From contig JAXLNO010000041.1 of the NCBI GenBank assembly GCA_038087875.1, forward strand, positions 2,291 to 64,000: a stretch of 61,710 nucleotides of DNA. The letters are read 5' to 3'. The notes below the pieces were generated by a model. The model saw nothing but the letters and a program-made list of their open reading frames with translations, did not search any database and was not told where the DNA came from. Positions 1 through 10,007 of the stretch are shown one piece after another. The stretch comes from Malacoraja senta. Taxonomy: Eukaryota. Positions within the stretch are counted from its first letter, which is position 1, and every line of letters starts with the position of its first letter. Both the position numbers and the translations under genes were made by a program.

Positions 1-72
1 TAGATCGTGAGACGGGATGTGATAGATTGGTAGAAAGATTGCTAGATGGGGCGAGAGCCAACGTGTAAGCCT

Positions 73-158
73 GAGTGAGAGAGTGAGAGAGAGAGTGCTG
101 GAGAAAGTGGGAGAGGGAGATAAGGAAAGAGAGGCGGGAGAAGTGAGAGGAGGAAAGA
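73..158. repeat. GA-rich low-complexity purine tract
   Basis: Interrupted (GA)n runs such as gtgagagagtgagagagagag; the overlapping minus-strand ORF 42-314 is its Leu/Ser/Pro-rich shadow. Confidence 0.7.
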
Positions 159-373
159 ATGTTTACGGACTTTAAAAACAACAGCGTCGTTTAAATGTGC
201 AAAGGCAGCATCCGGTATGGAGAATTGTCCAATCAACAACAGTAACTGAGGGAAACACCCCCTTGTGGATAAAGTGATCAAACCGTTGTTCAACATTTCA
301 TTCACACAGAACACACGACGGAAGAATACTAATGCCGCTCCAGTCTTTCAGCGTTCTGTCCAAATTTGGAGTC

Positions 374-807
374 ATGTTCTCCATTTGCTCCTTTTTGATC
401 ATTATTCTCGTGCAGCCAGGTGAGTTGGCATTTAAACGGTTAGTGTCCGTCAACAGAGCCCGATCCTGTCCAGGAGTTATCACACGTCGTATTTATTGTT
501 ACAGGAGTCGGTGAAGAGTCAGTGTCCCAGAGTCCGGCTGCGCTGAGGGTCGAGGAAGGGCAGGACGCAACGATAAACTGCAGCTACTCCACAAAGTTCT
601 CTTCTTACACCTTCTTCTGGTACATCCATTATCCCGGCCATGCACCGAGATACGTGCTGAAGGATTCCGCGATGGATTAGCCCAACCAGCTCCAGATATT
701 TCCAATAGATTCTCTGCCATTTTGCACGAAGTGAATAAGACCTTTCCGTTAAATATCTCCAGGATACACCTTTCGGACGCGGCGACATATTACTGCGCCA
801 TGGCGCC
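374..807 (+). pseudogene. Divergent TCR alpha/delta-type V segment, frameshifted
   Basis: Leader exon 374-419 (MFSICSFLIIILVQP, donor GTGAG) and intron to the AG at 503-504. V exon 505-807 reads ESVSQSPAALRVEEGQDATINCSYSTKFSSYTFFWYIHYPGHAPRYVLKDS, then hits TAG at 678-680. The remainder (DGLAQPAPDISNRFSAILHEVNKTFPLNISRIHLSDAATYYCAMAP) lies in a shifted frame, consistent with about a 1-nt loss near 660-671. Confidence 0.85.
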
Positions 808-846
808 CACACTGTTGCAGAGAGATTGAGGGTCCAAACAAAAACC
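808..846 (+). other. 23-spacer recombination signal sequence (RSS)
   Basis: CACACTG (808-814), 23 nt, then ACAAAAACC (838-846, consensus nonamer), directly after YYCAMAP. Confidence 0.92.
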
Positions 847-1142
847 TTACGGCGGACCCCTTTCGAGAGGCCACCAGAGGGCGCGGTTGTGTGAGAAATC
901 TGCAGCGTATCTGATGTAACCACGACCGCGAACATCTAGAGCGATCCACACCGTCCACAATATTCCAATCGTTTTCCACGTGAAACACACCATCTCCTCG
1001 GCAAAATTTCGCCAAACAGTTTCCCCACCCCTGTTATATCGAGTGTATTTATCGGTCTAGGTATTAGATGGAAAAAAAAAACAATTTCCCATCCACACGA
1101 CTCTGTGTGGTTAACTTTGATCCGTTGAAAGTAATAGCGGTC

Positions 1143-1273
1143 TTTAGATAGTCACAAGATATCCGGGGAATGGAGGCATATTAATGAGATGCCGGAAGAG
1201 ATAATCAGTCTGGACATCATGTTCGGCACGGACATTGTGAGCGGATGGGTCTGTTGCACTGTTCTATGTTCTA
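1143..1273 (+). mobile_element. Short degraded CR1-type LINE 3' end remnant
   Basis: ttagatagtcac...ggaatggaggcatat...catcatgttcggcacggacattgtg...ctgttctatgttcta resembles a fish CR1 3' UTR with a short ttctatg tail; recognised by pattern only. Confidence 0.55.
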
Positions 1274-1366
1274 ATTATTTTACGCTGAGGTGCAACCCAA
1301 CAAATTTACACTGCTGAATCATGTCTCAAGTGTAAACATATTGAAATCATTCTGTTGATCTCCGTT

Positions 1367-2380
1367 CCATATAACCATATAACCATATAACAATTACAGC
1401 ACGGAAACAGGCCATCTTCGCCCTTCTAGTCCGTGCCGAACACCTATTCTCACCTAGTCCCATCTACCTGCTCTCAGACCATAACCCTCCATTCCTTTCC
1501 CGTCCATATACCTATCCAATTTATTTTTAAATGATAAAATCGAACCTTCTTCCACCACTTCCACTGGAAGCTCATTCCACACAGCTACCACACTGTGAGT
1601 GAAGAAGTTCCCCCTCATGTTACCACTAAACTTCTGTCCCTTAATTCTCAAATCATGTCCTCTTGTTTGAATCTTCCCTACTCTCATTGGAAAAAGCTTA
1701 TCCACGTCAACTCTCTCTAACCCTCTCATCATTTTAAAGACCTCTATCAAGTCCCCCTTTAACCTTCTGCGCTCCAAAGAATAAAGACCTAGCTTGTTCA
1801 ACCTTTCTCTGTAACTTAGTTGCTGAAACCCAGGAAACATTCTAGTAATTCTCCTCTGTACTCTCTCTATTTTGATGACATCTTTCCTATAATTCGGCGA
1901 CCAAAACTGTACACCATACTCCAGAATTAGCTTCACCAATGCCTTGCACTATTTTAACATTACCTCCCAACTTCTATACTCAATGCTCTGATTTATAAAG
2001 GCCAGCACACCAAAAGCTTTCTTTACCACCCTATCTACATGAGATTCCACATTCAGGGAACTACGCACAGTTATTCCTAGATCCCTATGTTCAACTGCAT
2101 CCCTCAATTCGCTACCATTTACCATGTACGTCCTATTTTGATTTGTCATGCCAAGATGTAGCATCTCACACTTATCAGCATTAAGCTCCATCTGCCATCT
2201 TTCAGCCCATTCTTCCAAATGGCCTCAATCTCTCTGTCGGCTTTGAAAATCTACTTCATTATCCACAACAACACCTATCTTAGTATCATCTGCATACTTA
2301 CTAATCCAATTTACCACGCCATCATCCAGATCATTGATGTATTTGACAAACAATAGTGAACCCAACACAGATCCCCGAGG
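1367..2380 (-). mobile_element. 5'-truncated CR1 LINE (ORF2 reverse transcriptase C-terminal part, 3' UTR and tail)
   Basis: Minus ORFs 1454-1939 (VQFWSP..ERVQRR..LYSLERRRLKGDLIEVFK) and 1949-2218 (NADKCEMLHLG). YADD motif at 2285-2296 and a PRGSVLG (PQGSVLG-like) motif near 2360-2380. Tail is three copies of ccatataa at 1367-1390. Confidence 0.92.
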
Positions 2381-2647
2381 CTACGTACGAGCGCTCTACG
2401 ATTCCCCTTTTCCTTCCGGGACGCAATGATGACGAGCGGAGGGCGATGGAAAGGGTTGGATGATCTTTAAAGATAATTTCATTCGGTACTTGCCAGCGCC
2501 TACCCCCCCACCTTTATGTAGCTTTTAGGGGAGGGGTATCATTAATGCCATTACACCGCGAATCAGTACCAGGATAGGGGGTATTTTCGAGTATGAACAC
2601 AGTAAGGTGATGTTCTGTTGTTTAACTTCGTCCCCGGATTCTTGCAG

Positions 2648-2778
2648 GGCATTGTCGAGGCGACGCCGTTTCTCAGACCCCAGCAATGATAACAGTGAGT
2701 GAAGGCGATGACGCACCGTTGAAGTGCAACTACACAGCTACAATCACGAGCAATCTTGGACTAATCTGGTACCGTCAT
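2648..2778 (+). pseudogene. TCR V type E, truncated and lacking its leader
   Basis: Acceptor cttgcag, then GHCRGDAVSQTPAMITVSEGDDAPLKCNYTATITSNLGLIWYRH, cut by an insertion. The leader side is replaced by the CR1. Confidence 0.88.
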
Positions 2779-3194
2779 GGCCCTGTCCCACGGTGCGAGT
2801 CCACCCACGTGTGATCTCGAGTTTAAAACAAATCAAACTCGTGGTAATCACGTAGCGGGAACGTCGGAACTCGTAACTCTAACGGCAGGTACTCGGGAAA
2901 CTTGTTAACTCGTGAAAATCTTTGAACATGCTGAAAGATTTCCACGAGTCAGAGTTATTCTTGAAGTAAAAAATCTAAACTTTTAAACTCGTTGTAAGAA
3001 CGTAGTAGCCCGTGAGTTTACCGTAGTGACTCGTGAGTCTACCGTGGGCACTCTTTAACTCAGCTGGACAGGCAGCATCTCTGCAGAGAAGGAATGGGTG
3101 ACGGGATGACGTTTCCAAAATTCTGCTGCGTCTTCGTGTTACTCCAGCACTGCGTGTTCACTTTTTGTCAACCAGCATCTGCCCTTTCTTGTGT
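2779..3194. mobile_element. Composite insertion: MITE-like element (2779-3048) plus a second interspersed repeat fragment (3057-3194)
   Basis: Starts ggccctgtcccacggt (Harbinger/PIF-like terminus), has a partial inverted end accgtggg and a central palindrome. Followed by aactcagctggacaggcagcatctct...gttactccagca...aaccagcatctgc, which resembles an abundant chondrichthyan repeat. Family names are by resemblance only. Confidence 0.65.
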
Positions 3195-3651
3195 ATGACA
3201 TTATTTGTATCCGTGGCAGTTGATTGTCGCTCAAAATACCAGGCTTTTAAACACGACACAACACTAACCTATGAACTATGAACTGTCTTTCGGTGCACTT
3301 AGCAATTCAAGCTTTTTAATGCACATGGATTACGTTATTAATTTATTGTATTTTGTTTATTATTTATCATACTTCAGGCCTTGTCTCTCCTGTGACATCA
3401 TGAAACAGAAAACAAAGGAGGTTTGAGATGATTGGCAACTGAGAAGCAGTGAGTTGATTGGCGGAATTCAGCGAGTGAGGTAAGTCGGGGGGGTTGGAGA
3501 ACACATTCGCTCTGTGCCGAGGGGATGTGCCGTCGTCAAAAATAAACCAATGAATTGAGAGCCTAGACCACAGCACTTTCACAATATCCGATTAAACATA
3601 TTTCCCGATGAGAACATTTCAGTTCATATTCACTCTCAAAGCAATCACAAC

Positions 3652-4394
3652 ATGTTGGCCGTGATTATTTATTCTCTTCTTGCAGCTGCAGCTCTCTTAA
3701 CCGGTAGGTGCACGGCGTTTCCGACCCTGGATATTATATTACTACGGGGCATGATATTTAATCAATCAACTAGTTTGAATGCAATAGAATGACTTAAGAA
3801 AGGGAGTCACACCCATGTTCTACGGACGAGTGCTGAAAGATTCTCTTTTCTCCCTCCCAAGACAGAATGATGACGAGCAGAGGGCAATGGAAAGGGTTAC
3901 ATGATCTTTAAAGACAATTTAATTCAGTAATTCCCAGTGCTTTCCCGCCACCTTGATGTGGGTTTTAGGGGAGAGTATTCTTTGCTGCCGTTGTGCCTCA
4001 GATCAGTATCAAGATATGCGGCATTTTCCAGTATCAACATATTGGGATAATGCAATGTAATTTAATTTCTTCCCCTGGCCCTTGCAGGACATTGTCGAGG
4101 CGATGCCGTTTCTCAGACACCAGTAGTGGAAACAGTAAATGAAGGGGATGATGCCCAGTTGAATTGCAACTATACAGCTACAAGCACGAGCGTCCCTGGA
4201 CTAATCTGGTACCGTCAGTATCCCGGCGGATCCCTTGAGTTTCTGCTGCTCAGAACGACATTCAAAGGCGGCCAGAAGAACAATGCCGGGGAACGTTTTT
4301 CTGCGGAGCTCAACCATTTGACAGGAACGGTCCCGCTGACCGTGTCACAAACGCGGCTCCGAGACTCGGCCATGTATTACTGCGCTCTGAACCC
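3652..4394 (+). CDS. TCR alpha/delta V segment type A, intact
   Basis: Leader 3652-3703 (MLAVIIYSLLAAAALLT), GT..AG intron, V exon 4088-4394 with the conserved Cys, WYRQ and YYCAL. RSS 4395-4433 is CACGGTG-23-ACAAAAATT. Confidence 0.9.
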
Positions 4395-5006
4395 CACGGT
4401 GGCGCAGAATTGGGCTGAGCCTGTACAAAAATTATCTGAGAACCCCGTCAGGAATCAGCGCGTAAGCGCAGCTTTGTCAGCATCGGCGCGTCCTCGTTGA
4501 TTGCTGCACCCGTCCCAACGCCAGTGTGGTTGCTGCCATTAATACTCGATTTTTAAACATTAAAAACCCATGACAATTGAGTTGAAGAATAGCTTCTAAC
4601 AAACAGACATTAGGTTCGTGAACACTCCACAGCACTAACAGATGAACTATGAACTGTCTGTGGTTGCATTAAGCAGTTCATAACTTATGCACATTGACTA
4701 GGTTGTTAATTGATTGAATTGTGTTTATTATTTCTCATACTGCATACGATGACGCCATGGGACAGAACGCAAAGGAGGTTTGAGATGATTGGGCAACAAA
4801 TGCAGGAATGTGATTGGCGGAATTAAGAAACAATGTTAATTCGGGGAGTTGAAGAACAAATTAGCTCTGGGCTGAGGGGACATGACGCTGTCAAGAATAA
4901 GCCAATGAATAGAGAGCCGAGACCACAGCTCTTTCACAATATCAGATTAAACTTGTTTCCGGGTGAGACCATTTCAGTTCATATTCACTCTCAATGCAAT
5001 TACAAC

Positions 5007-5877
5007 ATGCTGCCCGTGACAATTTATTGTCTTCTTGCAGCTGCAGCTCTCTTAACGGGTAAGTTTAGGACGTTTCGAAGCCTGTACATTATATTACTGT
5101 AGGGCATGGCATTTAATCAATGAAATACCCGGCATGCAATAGAATGACTTTAGAATGGGAATCAGTGAGAGGACTAAACGAAGAGCACAATAAAAATATA
5201 GATGCAGTTCCACACAAAGTGATGTTAGGAAATTTGAGGTGAATTCCCAGAAATATTGTTGGAAACCAGCGCCTATGGTGAAGCATCGGAGAGTTAGAAA
5301 ACTCCCGTGTGCTAAGTACGAGCGCTCAGCGATTCCTCTTCCCCTCTCGAGATCCAATGATGACGGGCAGATGGCGATGGAAAGGGGCGGATGATTTTTT
5401 AAAGATAATTTCATTCGGTTATTCACAGCGCCTTTCCCCCTCATCTTTATTTTGCTTTTAGGGGAGGGAGATCTTTGTTGCCGTTCTACGTCAGATCAGT
5501 ATAATTAATATGAATATGAGCAGAATGAGGTGATGTTGTGTTTTCTAACCTCGTACCCGGGCTCTTGCAGGATATTGTAGAGGCGACGCCGTTTCTCAGA
5601 CACCAGTAGTGGTAACAGTGAGTGAAGGGGAAGATGCACAGTTGAACTGCAACTATACATCTGCAAGCACGAGCAATCTTGGACTAATCTGGTACCGTCA
5701 GTATCCCGGCGGATCCCTTGAGTTTCTGCTGCTCAGAACGAAAATCGAAGCCGTCCAGAAGAACAATGCTGGAGAACGTTTTTCTGCGGAGCTCAACCAT
5801 TCGACAGGAACGGTCCCGCTGACGATATCACAAACGCGGCTCCGAGACGCGGCAATGTATTACTGCGCCCTGAGCCC
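5007..5877 (+). CDS. TCR alpha/delta V segment type B, intact
   Basis: Leader 5007-5058, V exon 5571-5877, RSS 5878-5916 CACGGTG-23-ACAAAAACT. Confidence 0.9.
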
Positions 5878-6501
5878 CACGGTGGCGCAGAATTGGGCTC
5901 AGCCTGCACAAAAACTGCCAGTGCACCCACTCATTTATCACCGCGTAAACACAACTTTCTCAGCATCGGCGCGTCCTCGTTGATTGCTGCACCCGTCCCA
6001 TCGCCAGTGTGTTTGCTGTCATTAATACTCGATTTTTAAATATTAAAAAACCCATGACAATTAGGTTGAAGAATAGCTTCTAACTAACAAATATTAGGTT
6101 CTTGAACACTACACAGCACTAACAGAAGAACTATGAAATGTCTTCGGTTGCATTAAGCATTTCATGCATCTTATGCACATGGACTTGGTTGTTAATTTAT
6201 TGAATTTTGTTTATTGTATATTATACTTCAGGCCTTGCCCCTCCTGTGACGCCATGGAACAGAAAAAAGGAGCTTTGAGATGATTGGCCAACAAAAGCAA
6301 TGGTGTGATTGGCGGAATTAAGAAACTGTGTTAATTCGGGGAGTTGGAGAACAAATTTGCTCCGCGCCGACAGGATGTGACGCTGTCACGAATAAGCCAA
6401 TGAATGAAGAGCCTAGACCACAGCTCTTTCACAATATCAGATTAAACCTGTTTCCGGGTGAGCGCATTTCAGTTCATATTCACTCTCAATGCAATTACAA
6501 C

Positions 6502-7358
6502 ATGCTGGCCTTGACAATGTATTGGCTTCTTACAGCTGCAGCACTCTTAACCGGTAAGTTCACGAGGTTTCCAATAATGTAGGGCATGATATTTAAGCAA
6601 CCAAATACCTTGAATGCAACAGAACGACTTTAGAAAAGGAGTCCGTCTGAGGACAGTAAACGATGAGCGCAGTAGGAAAAAAGATGCAGTTTCACAGTAA
6701 TTGATGTTCGGAAATTTGAGGTGAGTTTCCAGGTTAATTGTTGGAAAGCAGCCCCGACGGAGAAGCATCGAAGCGTTAGAACACACCGGTGGTCCCCGTA
6801 CGAATGCTCTACGATTCCCCTTTTCCTCCCCGGAAGCAATAACGTCGTCCAGTACGATGAAACGGATTGGTTTATCTTTAAAGATAAATTACTCGGTAAT
6901 TCCCAGCGCCTTTCCGCCCATCGTTATTTAGCTTTTAGGGGAGGGGTATGTTTGATGTCATTGTACCTCATATCAGTATGAGGATGAGGGGTATTCTGAA
7001 GTATGAGCTGAGCTAGGTTATATTGTGTTATTAATCCCCGGACTCTTGCAGGGAATTGTCGAGGCGACGCCGTTTCTCAGACACCGGCAGCGGTTACAGT
7101 GAGTGAAGGGGATGATACAAAATTGAGCTGCAAATATACAGCTACAAGCACGGTATCCCCTGGACTAATCTGGTACCGTCAGTATGCCGGCGGATGCCTT
7201 GAGTTTCTGCTGCTCAGAACGAAAATCGAAGCCGCCCAGAAGAACAGTGCCGGTGAACGTTTTTCTGCGGAGCTCAACCATTCGACAGGAACGGTCCCGC
7301 TGACCGTGTCACAAACGCGGCTCCGAGACTCGGCGATGTATTACTGCGCACTGAACCC
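6502..7358 (+). CDS. TCR alpha/delta V segment type C, intact, extra FR2 Cys
   Basis: Leader 6502-6553, V exon 7052-7358 (WYRQYAGGCL), RSS 7359-7397 CACGGTG-23-ACAAAAACT. Confidence 0.9.
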
Positions 7359-7724
7359 CACGGTGGCGCAGTGGTGGGCTGAGCCTGCACAAAAACTGCC
7401 AGTGCACCCACTCATGTATCACCGCGTCAGCGCAGCTTTGTCAGCATCGGCGCGTCCTCGTTGATTGCTGCACCGTTCCCAACGCCAGTGTGTTTACTGT
7501 CATTAATACTCGATTTTTAAATATTAAAAACCCATGACAATTGGGTTGAAGAATAGCTTCTAACAAACAAATATTAGGTTCTTGAACTCTACACAGCACT
7601 GAAAAATGAACTATGAAATGTCTTCGCTTGCATTAAGCACTTCATTCATCTTATGCACATGGACTAGGTTGTTAATTTATTGAATTTTGTTTATTGTATA
7701 TTATACTTCAGGCCTTGCCCCTCC

Positions 7725-7885
7725 TGTGACGCCGTGGAACAGAAAACAAAGGAGGTTTGAAATGATTGGGCAACAAAAGCAATGACGTGATTGGCGGAAT
7801 TAAGAAACTGAGTGAATTAGGGGAGTTGGAGAACAAATTAGCTCCGCGCCGACGGGATGTGACGCTGTCAAGAATAAGCCAACGA
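7725..7885 (+). promoter_or_regulatory. Putative V promoter module (representative copy, repeated upstream of most leaders)
   Basis: CRE-like TGACG sites at 7727, 7783 and 7860, inverted CCAAT (GATTGG) at 7764 and 7789, and AGCCAA(T/C) at 7877, about 100-260 nt upstream of the leader ATG. Function is inferred from known CRE/decamer motifs in TCR V promoters. Confidence 0.55.
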
Positions 7886-7983
7886 ATGAAGAACCTAGAC
7901 CACAGCCCTTTCACAATATCAGATTAAACCTGTTTCCGGGTGAGCGCATTTCAGTTCATATTCACTCTCAATGCAATTACAAC

Positions 7984-8815
7984 ATGCTGGCCGTGACAAT
8001 TTATTGGCTTCTTACAGCTGCAGCTCTTTTAACGGGTAAGTACAAGACGTTTCCAAGCCTGAATATTATATTACTGTGGGGCATGGTATTTAATCAATAA
8101 AATGCCTTGCATGCAATGGAATGACTTTAGAAAGTGAGTCAGTGAGGGTACAATAAACGAAGAGTACAATAAGAATATAGATGCAGTTCCGACCAAAGTG
8201 CTGTAAGGATTTTGAGATGAGTTTCCAGGTATATTAGACCACGCTCGTGTTCTAAGGTCGTGCGCTCAGCAATTCCTCTCCTCCTCCCGAGATGCAATGA
8301 TCACGAGCAGGTGGCGATGGAAAGGGGTGGATGATTTTTAAATATAGTTTCATTCGGTAATTCACAGCGCGTTTTCTCCCACCTTCATTTAGGTTTGAGT
8401 GCAGGGAGATCTTTGTTGCCGTTCTACCTCAGATCAGTACCAGGATAAGGTGAGCGTGAGCAGAATGCGGTGATATTCTTGTTTTTAACTTCGTTCCCGG
8501 ACTCTTGCAGAGCATTGTCGAGGCGACGCCGTTTCTCAGACACCAGTAGTGGTAACAATGAGCGAAGGGGATGATGCCCAGTTGAACTGCAACTATACAG
8601 CTACAAGCACGAACAATCTTGTATTAATGTGGTACCGGCAGTATCCCGGCGAATCCCTTCAATTTCTGGTTCAGAACGAAATTCGAAGCCGCCCAGAAGA
8701 ACAGTGCTGGAGAACGTTTGGCTGCGGAGCTCAACCATTTGACAGGAACAGTCCCGCTGACTGTGTCGCAAACGCGGCTCCGAGACGCGGCGATGTATTA
8801 CTGCGCCCTGAGTCC
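7984..8815 (+). pseudogene. TCR V type D, frameshifted
   Basis: Leader 7984-8035, exon 8511-8815. A 2-nt loss before CDR2 (ctggttcaga versus ctgctgctcaga) shifts the frame. Confidence 0.88.
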
Positions 8816-8842
8816 CACGGAGGCAGCGATTGTACATAAACT
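8816..8842 (+). other. Aberrant RSS with an 11-bp spacer after type D V
   Basis: CACGGAG + gcagcgattgt (11 nt) + ACATAAACT. Also at 16608, 24902, 33201, 47061 and 53874. Confidence 0.7.
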
Positions 8843-8889
8843 ACCATTTCCGGATTTCAGTTCATATTCACTCTCCATGTAATTGAAAC

Positions 8890-9591
8890 ATGCTGTCATT
8901 GACTATTTATTCGCTTCTTATAGCTGCAGCTCTCTTAACCGGTATGTTCACGACGTTTCCAAGCCTGTATATTATGTTACTTTAGGGCATGATATCTCAT
9001 CAATCAAATACATTGAATGCAATGGAATCACGTTAGAAAGCCATTCAATGGGAGGATAGTAAGTGAAGAGTACAAAGAGGAATATAGATGCAGTTCCTCA
9101 ATAGGGATGTGAGGGGATTTGAGGCGTTTCCAGGTTAATAGCTGGAAACTAGCCCCGGTTGGGTAGAGTCCTGCAGTTGGAACACACCGGTGTTCTACGT
9201 AGGAGCGCTCTACGATTCCCCTTTTCCTTCCGGGACGCAATGATGACGAGCGGAGTGCGATGGAAAGGGTTGGATGATCTTTAAAGATAATTTCATTCGG
9301 TAATTGCCAGCGCCTACCCCCCACCTTTATGTAGCTTTTAGGGGAGGGGTATCATTAATGCCATTGCACCTCGAATCAGTACCAGGATAGGGGGTATTTT
9401 CGAATATGAACACAGTAAGGTGATGTTCCGTTGTTTAACTTCGTCCCCGGATTCTTGCAGGGCATTGTCGAGGCGACGCCGTTTCTCAGACCCCAGCAAT
9501 GATAACAGTGAGTGAAGGCGATGACGCACCGTTGAAGTGCAACTACACAGCTACAATCACGAGCAATCTTGGACTAATCTGGTACCGTCAT
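8890..9591 (+). pseudogene. TCR V type E, truncated by insertion
   Basis: Leader 8890-8941 (MLSLTIYSLLIAAALLT), exon 9461-9591 ending at WYRH, no 3' half or RSS. Confidence 0.88.
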
Positions 9592-10007
9592 GGCCCTGTC
9601 CCACGGTGCGAGTCCACCCACGTGTGATCCCGAGTTTAAAACAAATCAAACTCGTGGTAATCACGTAGCGGGAACGTCGGAACTCGTAACTCTAACGGCA
9701 GGTACTCGGGAAACTTGTTAACTCGTGAAAATCTTTCAACATGCTGAAAGATTTCCACGAGTCAGAGTTACTCTTGAAGTAAAAAAATTAAACTTTTAAA
9801 CTCGTTGTAAGAACGTAGTAGCCCGTGAGTTTACCGTAGTGACTCGTGAGTCTACCGTGGGCACTCTTTAACTCAGCTGGACAGGCAGCATCTCTGCAGA
9901 GATGGAATGGGTGACGGGATGACGTTTCCAAAATTCTGCTGCGTCTTTGTGTTACTCCAGCACTGTGTGTTCACTTTTTGTCAACCAGCATCTGCCCTTT
10001 CTTGTGT
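9592..10007. mobile_element. Composite MITE-like plus repeat insertion (copy 2)
   Basis: Same sequence and junction as 2779-3194; 42-bp palindrome at 9721-9762. Confidence 0.65.

Noticed and set aside
1-66. Possible CR1 ORF2 fragment at the window start
   Set aside because: The similarity is too weak and short to support without a database search.
1093-1110. ccacac-gactct-gtgtgg hairpin resembling paired heptamers of a D segment
   Set aside because: The orientation is opposite to that of a D segment and there are no nonamers; a 6-bp stem is expected by chance.
4462-4467. GTAAG donor-like site in the read-through tail that could splice V to the next V (double-V receptor)
   Set aside because: The site is phase 0 while V-exon acceptors are phase 1, so the product would be out of frame. 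It is also GTAAAC or GTCAGC in most other copies.
4522-4528. Reverse-strand heptamer (cagtgtg = CACACTG) downstream of each V, suggesting a hidden D or J segment
   Set aside because: There is no recognisable nonamer at 12 or 23 nt (ttgctgcac, gtcctcgtt) and no FGXG J motif or splice donor next to it.
5918-5930. GTGCAC in the B/C flank resembling a signal joint
   Set aside because: The flanking heptamers are poor, the left one overlaps the 3 nt after the real nonamer, and there are no correctly spaced nonamers.
4833-7914. Recurrent 60-116 aa ORFs in the track (MLIRGV.., MNEEPRPQ.., MCSNASM.., MSFQVNC.., MKGLWSR.. and their copies)
   Set aside because: They overlie promoters, leader exons, introns or the antisense strand, recur only because the DNA is duplicated, and gain or lose stops freely between copies.
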